Shown piece after piece: positions 16,630 through 28,185 of a stretch of DNA of 37,437 bases. Position 1 is the stretch's first letter, and the number at the start of each line of letters is the position of its first letter. The notes below the pieces were generated by a model. It was given only the letters and a program-made list of their open reading frames with translations, was not told where the DNA came from and ran no database searches. Origin of the DNA: Bacteroidales bacterium (GTDB lineage Bacteria; Bacteroidota; Bacteroidia; Bacteroidales; UBA932); the NCBI GenBank assembly GCA_009784635.1, contig WRBG01000001.1, forward strand, positions 1 to 37,437, in the 5' to 3' direction. Position numbers and translations under genes: made by a program.

Positions 16630-19600
16630 ATGTCCTCAAAAACAACGAATCAGCGTATTAGCTTCGCCACTTCCAAGACGCTTTTAGATTATCCCGACTT
16701 TCTGGAAGTGCAACTGAAATCTTTTAGAGATTTTTTCCAATTAGACACCACCCCCGAGAACCGGAAAAACGAGGGACTTTTCAATGTTTTTCAAGAGAAT
16801 TTCCCCATTACCGACACCCGCAACAATTTTGTTCTCGAGTTTATAGACTATTTTATTGACCCTCCAAGGTATACCATCGAGGATTGTTTAGAACGCGGAC
16901 TTACCTACAGCGTGCCCCTCAAGGCAAAGTTAAAACTTTACTGCACAGACCCCGAACACGAAGACTTTGATACGGTCATTCAAGATGTCTATTTGGGCAC
17001 CATTCCCTATATGACCCCCCGCGGTACCTTTGTCATCAACGGGTCCGAACGGATTGTGGTGTCTCAACTGCATCGTTCGCCCGGCGTATTTTTTGGACAA
17101 AGCATACACGCCAACGGAACCAAACTCTATTCTGCCCGCATCATCCCCTTCAAAGGCTCTTGGATTGAATTTGCCACCGACATCAACAACGTGATGTACG
17201 CCTATATTGACCGTAAAAAGAAATTGCCGGTAACTACCTTGTTGCGGGCCATTGGATTTGAAGGCGATAAAGACATCCTCGAAATCTTTGGCTTGGCCAA
17301 CGAGGAGCCGGTAAACGAAGCCAACCTCCAGCATTTGGTCGGAAGAAAATTAGCCGCCCGCGTGTTAAAATCATGGATTGAGGATTTTGTAGACGAGGAT
17401 ACCGGAGAAGTGGTTTCCATTGAGCGGAACGAGATTGTGGTAGACCGGGAAACTGTTTTGGAGCAGGAGCATTTGGATTTGATTCTCGAATCGGGAGCCC
17501 AAACCATACTGCTGCATAAAGAGGACGCCAACATCAGCGATTTCGCGATTATCCACAACACCCTCCAAAAAGACCCCTGCAACTCTGCTAAAGAGGCCGT
17601 AATCTACATTTACCGTCAATTACGTAACTCCGAACCTCCGGACGAAGCAACGGCTATGGACGTAATAGACAAGCTCTTTTTCTCCGACAAGCGCTACGAT
17701 TTGGGAGACGTGGGCCGTTACCGGCTTAACAAAAAACTGCATCAAGCAACCTCTCCCGAAATCAAGGTGCTGACCCGCGAGGACATTATCGCCATTATCC
17801 GCTACTTGATTCAACTCATTAATTCCAAAGCGATAGTAGACGATATTGACCACTTGAGCAACCGCCGGATTCGTACTGTGGGCGAACAGTTGGCCAACCA
17901 GTTCAGCGTAGGTCTTTCCCGCATGGCGCGCACCATTCGCGAGCGGATGAACGTGCGCGACAACGAAGTGTTTACGCCCATTGACTTGATTAATGCCAAG
18001 ACCCTTTCGTCGGTCATTAACTCCTTTTTTGGCACCAGCCAACTTTCCCAGTTTATGGACCAGACCAATCCGCTGGCCGAAATGACCCACAAACGCCGAC
18101 TCTCGGCCTTAGGCCCGGGAGGACTTTCGCGGGACCGCGCCGGTTTTGAAGTACGGGACGTACACTACACCCACTACGGACGCCTCTGCCCCATCGAAAC
18201 GCCGGAAGGCCCCAACATCGGTTTGATTTCTTCGCTTTGCGTCTATGCCCGGATTAACGACTTGGGCTTTATCGAGACCCCCTACCGTAAGGTAGACGGA
18301 GGAAAGGTAGACCTTAGCCCCAAAGGTTATGTGTATATGAGCGCAGAAGAAGAAGAAGACCAAATGGTGGCCCAAGCCAATGTACACCTTGACGACGAGG
18401 GCATCATTACCGACGAAAGGATTAAGTGCCGGTATGAAGCCGATTATCCGGTTGTCACCAAAGAAGATGTACACTATATGGACGTGGCGCCCAATCAGAT
18501 TGCTTCTATTGCCGCCTCGCTGATTCCCTTCCTCGAACACGACGACGCCAACCGCGCCCTCATGGGCTCCAACATGATGCGCCAAGCCGTTCCCCTAATC
18601 AGACCGGAAGCCCCCATAGTGGGCACAGGTTTGGAGGGGCCGGTAGTTCGAGACAGCCGCACCCAAATTAACGCCGAAAGCAAAGGCGAGGTAGTGTACG
18701 TGGACGCCAATGAAATCCATATAAAATACGAACTTTCCGAAGAAGACCGATTTGTAAGTTTTACCCCCGAAATTACCGTATACAGACTGCCTATTTACCG
18801 CAAAACCAATCAGAATACCTCTATCAACCTCAAGCCTTTGGTACGTAAGGGAGACAAGGTGGCCGCCGGACAGATTTTGACCGAAGGCTACGGAACCCAA
18901 AACGGAGAACTGGCCTTGGGCCGCAACCTCAAGGTAGCTTTTATGCCTTGGAAAGGGTATAATTTTGAGGATGCTATTGTTTTGTCGGAACGAATGCTCC
19001 GCGAAGACACCTTTACTTCTATACATGTAGACGAATACATCATGGAAGTACGGGACACCAAGCGCGGTATGGAGGAACTCACTTCGGATATCCCCAATGT
19101 GAGCGAGGAGGCCACTAAAGACCTCGACACAAACGGAATCATCCGCATCGGCGCCAATATTGAACCCGGAGACATCCTCATCGGTAAAATTACGCCTAAA
19201 GGAGAGAGCGACCCTTCTCCCGAAGAAAAACTTTTACGCGCCATCTTTGGAGACAAGGCCGGAGACGTGAAAGACGCTTCACTCAAAGCTTCTCCCTCAT
19301 TAAGGGGCACTATTATTGATAAACGCCTCTTTTCTCGCATTATGAAAGATAGTGTAAAGAAAGGAAGACATCTTTCCAAGGCCCAGCTTGCCCAAGCCGA
19401 CGAGGAGTTTAACAAGAAGGCGAACAAACTCAAAGACATATTTTTGCAAAAGATGGCAGTCTTGCTCAAAGGCAAAAACTCCCAAGGCGTACACGACCTC
19501 TATGGCGTGCTGATTATTCCCAAGGGCAGCGCCTTTGATGCTCAAGTTTTGGCGGGCTTGGACTACGAAAACATCAATCCGGTAAAGTGGACTTCGGACA

Positions 19601-20448
19601 AATCCATCAATAGTCTGATTAAAAAGCTTATCAACAATTATTTGATTAGCTACAAAGAATTGGATGCAGAACTCAAGCGAACCAAATACAACCTTACCAT
19701 CGGAGACGAGCTGCCTTCGGGTATTGTGCAATTGGCCAAAGTATATGTGGCCAAAAAGCGGAAAATCCGCGTGGGCGACAAAATGGCCGGACGTCACGGA
19801 AACAAAGGCATTGTAGCCAAGGTAGTGCGGGATGAGGACATGCCCTTCCTCGAAGACGGCAGCATCGTAGATATTGTGTTAAATCCTTTGGGCGTACCCT
19901 CGCGTATGAACTTAGGCCAAATTTACGAGACCGTATTAGGCTGGGCCGGTTCGGAATTGGGACTCAGATTCAGTTCCCCCATTTTTGACGGAGCGCGCTT
20001 AGAACAGATTACCTCTTACACCGAGCAGGCCGGTCTGCCCAAATACGGAAAGACCTACCTTCGCGACGGGGGCACGGGAGAATTGTTCGACCAGCCCGCT
20101 ACGGTCGGAATCATCTACATGCTCAAATTGGGGCACATGGTAGACGACAAGATGCACGCCCGTTCCATCGGTCCTTATTCGCTGATTACCCAACAGCCTT
20201 TGGGCGGAAAAGCCCAGTTTGGAGGCCAGCGTTTTGGAGAAATGGAGGTATGGGCCCTCGAAGCCTTTGGGGCTTCCAATATCTTGCAGGAAATCTTGAC
20301 GGTAAAATCAGACGATGTGGTCGGACGCTCCAGAGCTTACGAATCCATCGTTAAAGGCGACCCCATGCCTACTCCGGGAATCCCCGAATCGCTCAATGTG
20401 TTGCTTCACGAACTTAGGGGCTTGGCCTTGAGCGTAACTTTAGAATAA
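16630..20448 (+). CDS. rpoB: DNA-directed RNA polymerase subunit beta
   Basis: 1272 aa. Conserved beta-subunit blocks include [12 protein letters not shown] and [11 protein letters not shown]. Confidence 0.98.
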   Translation: MSSKTTNQRISFATSKTLLDYPDFLEVQLKSFRDFFQLDTTPENRKNEGLFNVFQENFPITDTRNNFVLEFIDYFIDPPRYTIEDCLERGLTYSVPLKAKLKLYCTDPEHEDFDTVIQDVYLGTIPYMTPRGTFVINGSERIVVSQLHRSPGVFFGQSIHANGTKLYSARIIPFKGSWIEFATDINNVMYAYIDRKKKLPVTTLLRAIGFEGDKDILEIFGLANEEPVNEANLQHLVGRKLAARVLKSWIEDFVDEDTGEVVSIERNEIVVDRETVLEQEHLDLILESGAQTILLHKEDANISDFAIIHNTLQKDPCNSAKEAVIYIYRQLRNSEPPDEATAMDVIDKLFFSDKRYDLGDVGRYRLNKKLHQATSPEIKVLTREDIIAIIRYLIQLINSKAIVDDIDHLSNRRIRTVGEQLANQFSVGLSRMARTIRERMNVRDNEVFTPIDLINAKTLSSVINSFFGTSQLSQFMDQTNPLAEMTHKRRLSALGPGGLSRDRAGFEVRDVHYTHYGRLCPIETPEGPNIGLISSLCVYARINDLGFIETPYRKVDGGKVDLSPKGYVYMSAEEEEDQMVAQANVHLDDEGIITDERIKCRYEADYPVVTKEDVHYMDVAPNQIASIAASLIPFLEHDDANRALMGSNMMRQAVPLIRPEAPIVGTGLEGPVVRDSRTQINAESKGEVVYVDANEIHIKYELSEEDRFVSFTPEITVYRLPIYRKTNQNTSINLKPLVRKGDKVAAGQILTEGYGTQNGELALGRNLKVAFMPWKGYNFEDAIVLSERMLREDTFTSIHVDEYIMEVRDTKRGMEELTSDIPNVSEEATKDLDTNGIIRIGANIEPGDILIGKITPKGESDPSPEEKLLRAIFGDKAGDVKDASLKASPSLRGTIIDKRLFSRIMKDSVKKGRHLSKAQLAQADEEFNKKANKLKDIFLQKMAVLLKGKNSQGVHDLYGVLIIPKGSAFDAQVLAGLDYENINPVKWTSDKSINSLIKKLINNYLISYKELDAELKRTKYNLTIGDELPSGIVQLAKVYVAKKRKIRVGDKMAGRHGNKGIVAKVVRDEDMPFLEDGSIVDIVLNPLGVPSRMNLGQIYETVLGWAGSELGLRFSSPIFDGARLEQITSYTEQAGLPKYGKTYLRDGGTGELFDQPATVGIIYMLKLGHMVDDKMHARSIGPYSLITQQPLGGKAQFGGQRFGEMEVWALEAFGASNILQEILTVKSDDVVGRSRAYESIVKGDPMPTPGIPESLNVLLHELRGLALSVTLE

Positions 20449-20480
20449 ATCTTACGAATGGCTAACAAATACGACAAATT

Positions 20481-23400
20481 ATGTCTTTCAAAAAAGAGAA
20501 CAAAATAAAAAGCAATTTCAGTAAAATTACCATCGGTTTGGCTTCTCCCGAAGAAATTCTGGAAAATTCCAAGGGAGAAGTGCTTAAGCCGGAAACGGTT
20601 AACTACCGTACCTATAAACCCGAACGGGACGGACTTTTCTGCGAACGCATTTTTGGCCCTTCTAAAGATTATGAATGTCATTGCGGTAAATACAAAAGGA
20701 TTCGCTACAGGGGTATTATCTGCGACCGTTGCGGCGTAGAAGTTACCGAGAAGAAAGTCAGGCGTGAACGCATGGGACACATCTCTTTGGTGGTTCCCGT
20801 AGCCCATATCTGGTACTTCCGCTCTACCCCCAACAAAATCGGATACTTACTGGGAATCCCCTCCAAAAAATTGGAAGGAATCATCTATTACGAACGCTAT
20901 ATTGTGATTCAAGCCGGCATCAAGGCTCAAGACGGCATTAAAGACGCCGACTTCCTGTCCGAGGACGAATACTTGAATATCATGGAAACCCTTCCACGGG
21001 AAAACCAGCTCCTTGATGACGACGACCCCAACAAGTTCATTGCCGGTATGGGCGCGGAAGCCATTTACAAGCTACTGGTTCGCATCAAATTAGATGAACT
21101 TTCCTATACCCTCCGCCATCGGGCCGACACCGAAACCTCCCAACAACGCAAAACAGACGCACTCAAGTGCCTCAGCGTGGTAGAGGCTTTTCGGGAATCT
21201 CGGGACATAAACCGGCCGGAATGGATGGTGTTAAAGGTCGTTCCCGTTATTCCTCCCGAACTCCGCCCCTTGGTTCCGCTTGACGGAGGCCGCTTTGCCA
21301 CCTCCGACTTGAATGATTTATATAGAAGGGTGATTATCAGAAATAATCGCTTAAAACGCTTGATTGAGATTAAAGCGCCGGAGGTTATTTTGCGGAACGA
21401 GAAACGGATGTTGCAAGAAGCGGTGGATTCGCTTTTTGACAACTCCCGCAAATCCAACGCCGTAAAAACCGAGGCCAACAGAACCTTAAAATCTCTGTCG
21501 GACAGCTTAAAAGGCAAGCAGGGACGTTTTCGCCAAAACCTCTTGGGTAAAAGGGTGGACTATTCTGCCCGTTCCGTAATCGTAGTAGGTCCGGAACTCA
21601 AGATGCACGAGTGCGGTTTGCCCAAAGATATGGCCGCCGAACTCTACAAACCGTTTGTAATCCGTAAATTAATCGAGCGGGGCATTGTAAAGACGGTAAA
21701 GTCGGCCAAAAAAATCGTAGACCGTAAAGACTCCATGATTTGGGACATTTTGGAAAATGTCATGAAAGGACATCCCGTGCTTTTGAACCGCGCCCCTACC
21801 CTCCACCGCTTGGGAATCCAAGCATTCCAGCCCAAATTGATAGAAGGTAAAGCCATTCAGTTGCATCCCCTTTCCTGTACGGCCTTTAACGCCGACTTTG
21901 ACGGAGACCAAATGGCGGTGCATCTGCCTTTGGGAAATGCCGCCATCCTCGAAGCCCAACTGCTGATGTTAGGCTCCCATAATATCTTGAATCCCGCCAA
22001 CGGAGCCCCCATTACCGTGCCTTCTCAAGACATGGTGTTGGGCCTCTATTACATTACCAAGCCCAGAACCGGAGCCAAAGGCGAGGGCATGACTTTCTAC
22101 GGAACAGAAGAAGTCATTATTGCCTACAACGAAAAAGTGCTGGACCTCCACACCAAAATAAAAGTGCGGTTGCCCATTGACTTTTGCGACCCCGACAAGG
22201 GATACCATTTGGTAGATACCACCGTGGGGCGGATTATCTTTAATCGGGTGGTTCCCCCCGAAGTCGGCTATATAGACGAAGTCCTCACCAAAAAATCCTT
22301 GCGCGATATCATCAATCGGGTACTCAAAACCACAGGCGTGGCCAAAACCTCCCAATTCCTTGACGACATCAAGGATATTGGATACAATATGGCGTTCAAG
22401 GGAGGCCTTTCCTTCAATTTGGACGATGTAATCATTCCCGAAGAAAAAGTACAATTCGTCAAAGAAGGCTACGATTCCGTGGAAAACGTGATGTCGAGCT
22501 TTAATATGGGTCTGATTACCAACAACGAGCGTTATAATCAAATCATTGATATCTGGTCTTATACCAATACCAAACTCTCCGACACCGTACACAAGCAGTT
22601 GGAGCAGGACAAACAGGGATTCAATCCGGTATACATGATGCTCCACTCCGGTGCGCGGGGCTCCCAACAACAAATCCGTCAGCTTTCCGGTATGAGGGGC
22701 TTGATGGCAAAACCCCAAAAATCCGGAGCGACCAGCGCCGAGATTATCGAGAATCCGATTCTTTCCAACTTTAAAGAAGGTTTGTCGGTACTCGAATACT
22801 TCATCTCTACCCACGGGGCACGTAAAGGATTGGCAGATACTGCTTTAAAAACAGCGGACGCCGGCTACCTTACCCGCCGTTTGGTAGACGTATCCCACGA
22901 CGTAATCATCAACGAAGAAGATTGCGGCACCCTGCGCGGATTGATTGCCACCGCCATCAAGAATAAAGACGAGGTGGTGGAGTCCCTGTCGGAACGTATC
23001 TTGGGCCGTACCAGCGTACACAATCTCTACAACCCCTTAACGGGAGAGTTGATTGTGGAGGCGGGCAACGAGATTACCGAAGACATTGTGGCAACCATCG
23101 AGTCCCTCCCCATTGAACAGGTAGAAATACGCTCCGTGCTTACCTGCGAATCCCGCAAAGGGGTTTGCGCCAAATGCTATGGCCGCAACTTGGCCACCGG
23201 ACGCATGGTAGAAAAAGGAGAAGTGGTGGGCGTAATCGCCGCACAGTCTATTGGAGAACCGGGTACGCAGTTAACGCTCCGTACTTTCCACGTAGGAGGA
23301 ACCGCCTCTAACATTACCTCCGAAAACGAGATTATTGCCCGTTATGCCGGCGTGCTGGAAATCGAGGAACTCAGAACCGTTACCAAGGAAAGCGAAGACG

Positions 23401-24740
23401 GAACAAAAGTGCAGATTGTAATCGGACGTTCCGCCGAGATGCGGATTGTGGAAAAAACTACCAAAAGCACTCTGTCTCACCACCATATTCCTTACGGAGC
23501 CACCCTTTATTTTAAGGCGGGCGACGAAATCCAAAAAGGAGATAGAATCTGCGAATGGGATGCCTATAATGCCATTACCATTGCCGAAATCGAAGGTACC
23601 ATTGCTTACGAATCTCTTATTGAAGGCGTTACTTATCGCGAAGAGGCAGCGGACGAATACTCCCTCCACCGTGAAAAAGTGGTGTTTGAATCCCGCGATA
23701 AATCCCGCAATCCCGCCATCCGCATTATGGACGGCAAGACCGAGTTAAAGCAGTACAACCTGCCTGTGGGCGCCCATATTATGGTAGAAAACGGCCAAAC
23801 CGTTAAAGCCGGCAGCATACTGATGAAGATTCCCCGCGCCATTGGCAAGTCGGGCGATATTACCGGAGGTTTGCCCCGTGTTACCGAACTTTTTGAAGCC
23901 CGTAACCCCTCGAATCCCGCCATTGTCACCGAGATTGACGGAGAAGTGATTATGGGTAAAATCAAACGCGGGAACCGCGAAATTATGGTCCGCTCCAAGA
24001 CGGGAGAGGAGAAAAAATACTCTGTTCCCTTGTCCAAGCAAATTTTGGTACAGGAAAACGACTATGTTCGGGCCGGGTCTGCCCTTTCGGACGGAGCCAT
24101 TTCCCCCACCGATATCCTCTCTATTTTGGGTCCTACCAAAGTACAGGAGTACATTGTGAACGAAATTCAAGAAGTTTACCGGATGCAGGGCGTAAAAATC
24201 AACGACAAGCATTACGAAATCATTGTTCGTCAAATGATGCGCAAACTCGAAATCGTAGACCCCGGCGATACCCGTTTCCTTCCCGAACAAATGGTAGACA
24301 AATGGGATTTTATGCAGGAAAACGACTATATTTTTGACAAGAAAGTAGTCATTAATCCGGGCGATTCCCAGAGTGTTAAAGCCGGACAGATTATTACGGT
24401 AAGAAAGCTCCGAGACGAGAACTCTGTACTCAAACGCAAAGACCTTAAAGTCATCGAGGCAAGGGACGCCATGCCTGCCACCTCCAACCAGATTTTGCAG
24501 GGGATTACCCGAGCCGCCTTGCGTACCAACAGCTTTATGTCTGCCGCCTCCTTCCAAGAAACCACCAAAGTGTTGAGCGAAGCCGCCATTTTTGGCAAGA
24601 CCGATACACTCGAAGGCCTCAAGGAGAACGTAATCTGCGGACATCTGATTCCCGCCGGAACCGGAGCCCGCGAATACGAGCGCTTGGTGGTAGCTTCTCA
24701 AGAAGACTATAAACGCATGACCCAAACTAAGGGCAAGTAG
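20481..24740 (+). CDS. rpoC: DNA-directed RNA polymerase subunit beta'
   Basis: 1419 aa. N-terminal zinc motif [23 protein letters not shown] and the catalytic NADFDGDQM. Confidence 0.98.
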   Translation: MSFKKENKIKSNFSKITIGLASPEEILENSKGEVLKPETVNYRTYKPERDGLFCERIFGPSKDYECHCGKYKRIRYRGIICDRCGVEVTEKKVRRERMGHISLVVPVAHIWYFRSTPNKIGYLLGIPSKKLEGIIYYERYIVIQAGIKAQDGIKDADFLSEDEYLNIMETLPRENQLLDDDDPNKFIAGMGAEAIYKLLVRIKLDELSYTLRHRADTETSQQRKTDALKCLSVVEAFRESRDINRPEWMVLKVVPVIPPELRPLVPLDGGRFATSDLNDLYRRVIIRNNRLKRLIEIKAPEVILRNEKRMLQEAVDSLFDNSRKSNAVKTEANRTLKSLSDSLKGKQGRFRQNLLGKRVDYSARSVIVVGPELKMHECGLPKDMAAELYKPFVIRKLIERGIVKTVKSAKKIVDRKDSMIWDILENVMKGHPVLLNRAPTLHRLGIQAFQPKLIEGKAIQLHPLSCTAFNADFDGDQMAVHLPLGNAAILEAQLLMLGSHNILNPANGAPITVPSQDMVLGLYYITKPRTGAKGEGMTFYGTEEVIIAYNEKVLDLHTKIKVRLPIDFCDPDKGYHLVDTTVGRIIFNRVVPPEVGYIDEVLTKKSLRDIINRVLKTTGVAKTSQFLDDIKDIGYNMAFKGGLSFNLDDVIIPEEKVQFVKEGYDSVENVMSSFNMGLITNNERYNQIIDIWSYTNTKLSDTVHKQLEQDKQGFNPVYMMLHSGARGSQQQIRQLSGMRGLMAKPQKSGATSAEIIENPILSNFKEGLSVLEYFISTHGARKGLADTALKTADAGYLTRRLVDVSHDVIINEEDCGTLRGLIATAIKNKDEVVESLSERILGRTSVHNLYNPLTGELIVEAGNEITEDIVATIESLPIEQVEIRSVLTCESRKGVCAKCYGRNLATGRMVEKGEVVGVIAAQSIGEPGTQLTLRTFHVGGTASNITSENEIIARYAGVLEIEELRTVTKESEDGTKVQIVIGRSAEMRIVEKTTKSTLSHHHIPYGATLYFKAGDEIQKGDRICEWDAYNAITIAEIEGTIAYESLIEGVTYREEAADEYSLHREKVVFESRDKSRNPAIRIMDGKTELKQYNLPVGAHIMVENGQTVKAGSILMKIPRAIGKSGDITGGLPRVTELFEARNPSNPAIVTEIDGEVIMGKIKRGNREIMVRSKTGEEKKYSVPLSKQILVQENDYVRAGSALSDGAISPTDILSILGPTKVQEYIVNEIQEVYRMQGVKINDKHYEIIVRQMMRKLEIVDPGDTRFLPEQMVDKWDFMQENDYIFDKKVVINPGDSQSVKAGQIITVRKLRDENSVLKRKDLKVIEARDAMPATSNQILQGITRAALRTNSFMSAASFQETTKVLSEAAIFGKTDTLEGLKENVICGHLIPAGTGAREYERLVVASQEDYKRMTQTKGK

Positions 24741-24764
24741 TTTTTACCTCAAAAATATGTACAT

Positions 24765-25724
24765 ATGAGTACCTTACGCTTGGGCATCATTATTCCGGTT
24801 GGTTTGGGACTCTTTTGTGCGGCTTTGGTCGTGGCTTCTTGTGCAGGAAATAACCGAGACACCAAAAAACAAGAGGAAATCAAACGGTTTGTCCTCCCCA
24901 CTATTCCGTCTATGCTCTTGGTTCCGCAGGAAAGGGCCGACTACTTGGTAACGCACTATTGGAATCATTTTGATTTTTCCGACACCTCCCTCATACATCT
25001 GCCCGCTTATACCGAACAGGCTTTTAGGGATTACATAGATGTTTTACCCCATGCCCCTTACGCTTCTATCCTAGCCTCTGTGGAGCAAACGCTAAGTAAG
25101 GCGACAGGCAACAGGAACATGTTTACGCATTTTATCGAACTGTTTGAAAAATACCTGTATAATCCAAATTCCCCCTTGAGAAACGAGGAATTATATGCCC
25201 TTGCGGTGGAATATGTGATAAACTCCGACCAAATTGACGAAACAGATAAAATCCGCCTTAGGTATCAGTGGGAGCAAATCCAAAAAAACCGGCAAGGCTC
25301 TGTGGCCGCTGACTTTAGCTACTCGCTTATCAGCGGGGCACAGGAAAGGATGCACCGAATCCAAGCCGATTACCTCCTGCTCTTTCTCTACGACCCGGAT
25401 TGCCATTCCTGCGGAGAGATACTCCAAGGTATACATGCTTCTCCGGTGGTTGGGGAAGCCATCAACCGAGGCATATTAAAAGTGTTGGCCGTTTATGTAG
25501 CCAAAGATATAGAACGCTGGGAACAGTATCAAGTTGTTGTTCCCAAAACATGGATAAGCGCTTACGACCCCTTGCAGACCATTGAGCAAGAAAAACTCTA
25601 CGACCTGCGGGCCTTGCCTACCATGTATTTGTTGGACAAGCAAAAAAGGGTGCTGATTAAGGACGCCATCCAGCATCAAGTAGACCAACTGCTTGTGCAA
25701 GAATTACAAAAGCCGCCCTTTTAG
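24765..25724 (+). CDS. Thioredoxin-fold (TlpA/DUF5106-like) lipoprotein with a CHSC motif
   Basis: 319 aa. Signal peptide ending in a lipobox-like VVASC. The C-terminal third reads LLFLYDPDCHSCGE...ALPTMYLLD, the layout of a thioredoxin-like CxxC fold with a cis-Pro region. The family name is from memory, not a search. Confidence 0.6.
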   Translation: MSTLRLGIIIPVGLGLFCAALVVASCAGNNRDTKKQEEIKRFVLPTIPSMLLVPQERADYLVTHYWNHFDFSDTSLIHLPAYTEQAFRDYIDVLPHAPYASILASVEQTLSKATGNRNMFTHFIELFEKYLYNPNSPLRNEELYALAVEYVINSDQIDETDKIRLRYQWEQIQKNRQGSVAADFSYSLISGAQERMHRIQADYLLLFLYDPDCHSCGEILQGIHASPVVGEAINRGILKVLAVYVAKDIERWEQYQVVVPKTWISAYDPLQTIEQEKLYDLRALPTMYLLDKQKRVLIKDAIQHQVDQLLVQELQKPPF

Positions 25725-25733
25725 GCGGCTTTT
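25708..25733. terminator. Bidirectional intrinsic terminator between the convergent lipoprotein gene and gdhA
   Basis: Perfect 10-bp stem AAAAGCCGCC (25708-25717) / GGCGGCTTTT (25724-25733) with a 6-nt loop. The A-tract and T-tract arms give a U-run on either strand. It overlaps the TAG stop at 25722-25724. Confidence 0.7.
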
Positions 25734-25755
25734 GTAATTCTTGGAACATGTGTAA

Positions 25756-27093
25756 CTAAATAACGCCCTGCTCCACCATTGCTTGGGCTACTTTCATAAA
25801 GCCGGCAATGTTGGCTCCGTTTACATAGTTAATAAAACCGTCCGGTTGGGTGCCGTACTTCACGCATGCCGAGTGAATCGCCTCCATGATTTGCTTCAAC
25901 TTGGCATCCACCTCTTCGCGGGTCCAGTTCAAGTGCATGGCGTTTTGGGTCATCTCCAAGCCCGAAGTAGCTACTCCGCCGGCGTTGGCTGCCTTGCCGG
26001 GCCCATAGAGTACCTTAGCTTTGAGCAACTCGCCAATCGCTTCCGGGGTACAACCCATGTTGGAAAGTTCGGCAACGCAGAGTACTCCATTTGCGACCAA
26101 TTGTCTGGCATCGTCTCCATTTAACTCGTTTTGGATGGCGCTGGGCAATGCAATGTCTACCTTTACTTCCCAAGGCTTTTTACCTGCAAAGAATTTGGAT
26201 TCGGGGAACTTGGTCGCATAGGGAGCCACCACGTCGTTGTTGCTCTTACGCAGTTCTACCATGTAGTTAATCTTCTCATCATTCAGACCCGCTTCGTCTA
26301 AAATATATCCGTCAGGACCGGAGATGGCAATCACCTTTGCGCCTAATTCGATGGCCTTAATAGCCGCGCCCCAAGCAACATTACCAAAGCCGGATACCGA
26401 TACGGTTTTGCCTTTTATGTCAACACCGCGTGTTTTAAGCATGTGGGTTACAAAGTAGACTCCGCCAAAGCCGGTAGCTTCGGGGCGAATCAAGGAGCCG
26501 CCCCAAGTCAAACCTTTACCTGTATAGGTACCGGTATTTTCGCGGGCTAATTTCTTGTAATAGCCATACATATATCCAACTTCACGGGCGCTTACGCCAA
26601 TGTCGCCGGCAGGAACGTCCGTATCAGGGCCTAAATGCTGCCACAGTTCGGCAATAAATGCTTGGCAAAAACGCATGATTTCGGCGTCAGACCTTCCTTT
26701 GGGGTTAAAGTCGGAGCCACCTTTACCGCCGCCCATAGGAAGCGTAGTCAAGGCGTTTTTAAACGTCTGTTCAAAACCCAAGAATTTTAAAGAAGACTGG
26801 GTTACGCTGGGATGGAAACGAATACCTCCTTTGTAGGGGCCAATGGCGTTGTTAAATTGTACCCTCCAGCCGGTATTTACATGCACGCTGCCATCATCAC
26901 CCTGCCATGTAACACGGAAGGTGAAGATGCGGTCGGGCTCTACAATACGGTCAATGACGTTTGCCTTGTCAAACTGAGGATTCTTGTTATACACCTCCTC
27001 GATGGATTCGAGCACTTCGTGTACAGCTTGCAAAAACTCTTTCTCGTGGCCATATTTCTTCTCAAGATTGGCCATTACTTCTGATACTTTCAT
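25756..27093 (-). CDS. gdhA: Glutamate dehydrogenase (NAD(P)-dependent, hexameric type)
   Basis: 445 aa. Catalytic-lysine region LPMGGGKGGSDFNPKG and Rossmann motif VSGFGNVAWG. Confidence 0.95.
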   Translation of the reverse strand: MKVSEVMANLEKKYGHEKEFLQAVHEVLESIEEVYNKNPQFDKANVIDRIVEPDRIFTFRVTWQGDDGSVHVNTGWRVQFNNAIGPYKGGIRFHPSVTQSSLKFLGFEQTFKNALTTLPMGGGKGGSDFNPKGRSDAEIMRFCQAFIAELWQHLGPDTDVPAGDIGVSAREVGYMYGYYKKLARENTGTYTGKGLTWGGSLIRPEATGFGGVYFVTHMLKTRGVDIKGKTVSVSGFGNVAWGAAIKAIELGAKVIAISGPDGYILDEAGLNDEKINYMVELRKSNNDVVAPYATKFPESKFFAGKKPWEVKVDIALPSAIQNELNGDDARQLVANGVLCVAELSNMGCTPEAIGELLKAKVLYGPGKAANAGGVATSGLEMTQNAMHLNWTREEVDAKLKQIMEAIHSACVKYGTQPDGFINYVNGANIAGFMKVAQAMVEQGVI

Positions 27094-27134
27094 AATTTTT
27101 TGATTAATTAGTTATTTATTGTTAGGGTGTTTGT

Positions 27135-28160
27135 TCATTCTACTTCCCAAATGGCGCCGCTGCGGAGCAGGTCATCCATATTTTTGATTGCAGACTGTTT
27201 GCGAATCTCGCTTACCTGATCCCGCACATTGTCGTCGTAAGTCATGTCCTGTACAGAGCGAATCACTCCCAAGGCTATGGGCAGGTTGTCCGCAGTACCC
27301 ATATTCGCCAACATCATGTGTACGCCGGGATTGGGTTCACAGGCATCGTGTACCAGCAAATCCTGCGGGCCCACGCCGTTCTTGCCAATAGTTACGGCTT
27401 TAATCTTTAAGCCTTCCAACAGAAGTCCTTTGTCCTTATTTTTGCCAAAAATCATGGGTTGGCCGTGGCGGAGGACAATGGTACGGTCTCCCCTGTATTC
27501 TTTGTCCATAATCTCGGCATAGGCTCCGTCGTTAAAAATCACGCAGTTTTGGAGTACCTCGGTGACAGAAGTCCCGTCATGTTTGGCCGAAGCCACCATA
27601 ATCTCTTGGGTGAGCTTCATTTCTACATCCAAAGACCGCGCAAAAAAGGTACCGCGGGCCCCCAATACCAAAGAGCCGGGGTTAAAAGGATGCTCCACCG
27701 TTCCATAAGGAGACGTTTTAGTAACAATTCCCAAAGGGGAAGTGGGAGAATACTGACCCTTGGTCAGTCCATATATTTGGTTGTTAAACAGCAAAATGTT
27801 TATGTCAATGTTCCGGCGGATGGCGTGAATCAAGTGGTTTCCGCCAATGGCCATGGCGTCTCCGTCTCCGGTAATCTGCCAAACGGTAAGGCTGGGATTG
27901 GCCACTTTGATACCGGTAGCAATGGCAGAAGCCCGTCCGTGTATGCCATGGAATCCATAGGTATTCATGTAATAGGGAAAGCGGGACGAACAGCCTATTC
28001 CCGACGCAAACACAAAACGTTCGCGGGTATAACCCAGCGCCTGACAAATTTCGGGCATGGCCCGTTGCACGGCGGCCAAAATCGCAAAATCTCCGCAACC
28101 CGGGCACCATTTTACTTGTTGATTGCTTTTAAAATCTTGGGGCGTATATTGTAAATCCAT
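27135..28160 (-). CDS. korB: 2-oxoacid:ferredoxin oxidoreductase beta subunit (TPP-binding), probably 2-oxoglutarate-specific
   Basis: 341 aa. N-terminal WCPGCGDF and the TPP-binding GDGDAMAIGGNH. Substrate specificity is inferred from the two-subunit architecture and from Bacteroides annotation practice, not proven. Confidence 0.8.
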   Translation of the reverse strand: MDLQYTPQDFKSNQQVKWCPGCGDFAILAAVQRAMPEICQALGYTRERFVFASGIGCSSRFPYYMNTYGFHGIHGRASAIATGIKVANPSLTVWQITGDGDAMAIGGNHLIHAIRRNIDINILLFNNQIYGLTKGQYSPTSPLGIVTKTSPYGTVEHPFNPGSLVLGARGTFFARSLDVEMKLTQEIMVASAKHDGTSVTEVLQNCVIFNDGAYAEIMDKEYRGDRTIVLRHGQPMIFGKNKDKGLLLEGLKIKAVTIGKNGVGPQDLLVHDACEPNPGVHMMLANMGTADNLPIALGVIRSVQDMTYDDNVRDQVSEIRKQSAIKNMDDLLRSGAIWEVE

Positions 28161-28185
28161 AATTGTATCTGTTTTAGCGTTTGAA

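Noticed and set aside
21969-24725. Two long minus-strand ORFs (281 aa and 326 aa) antisense to rpoC
   Set aside because: They lie within the highly conserved beta' gene, have low-complexity Gly/His/Val-rich translations and show no domain signatures.
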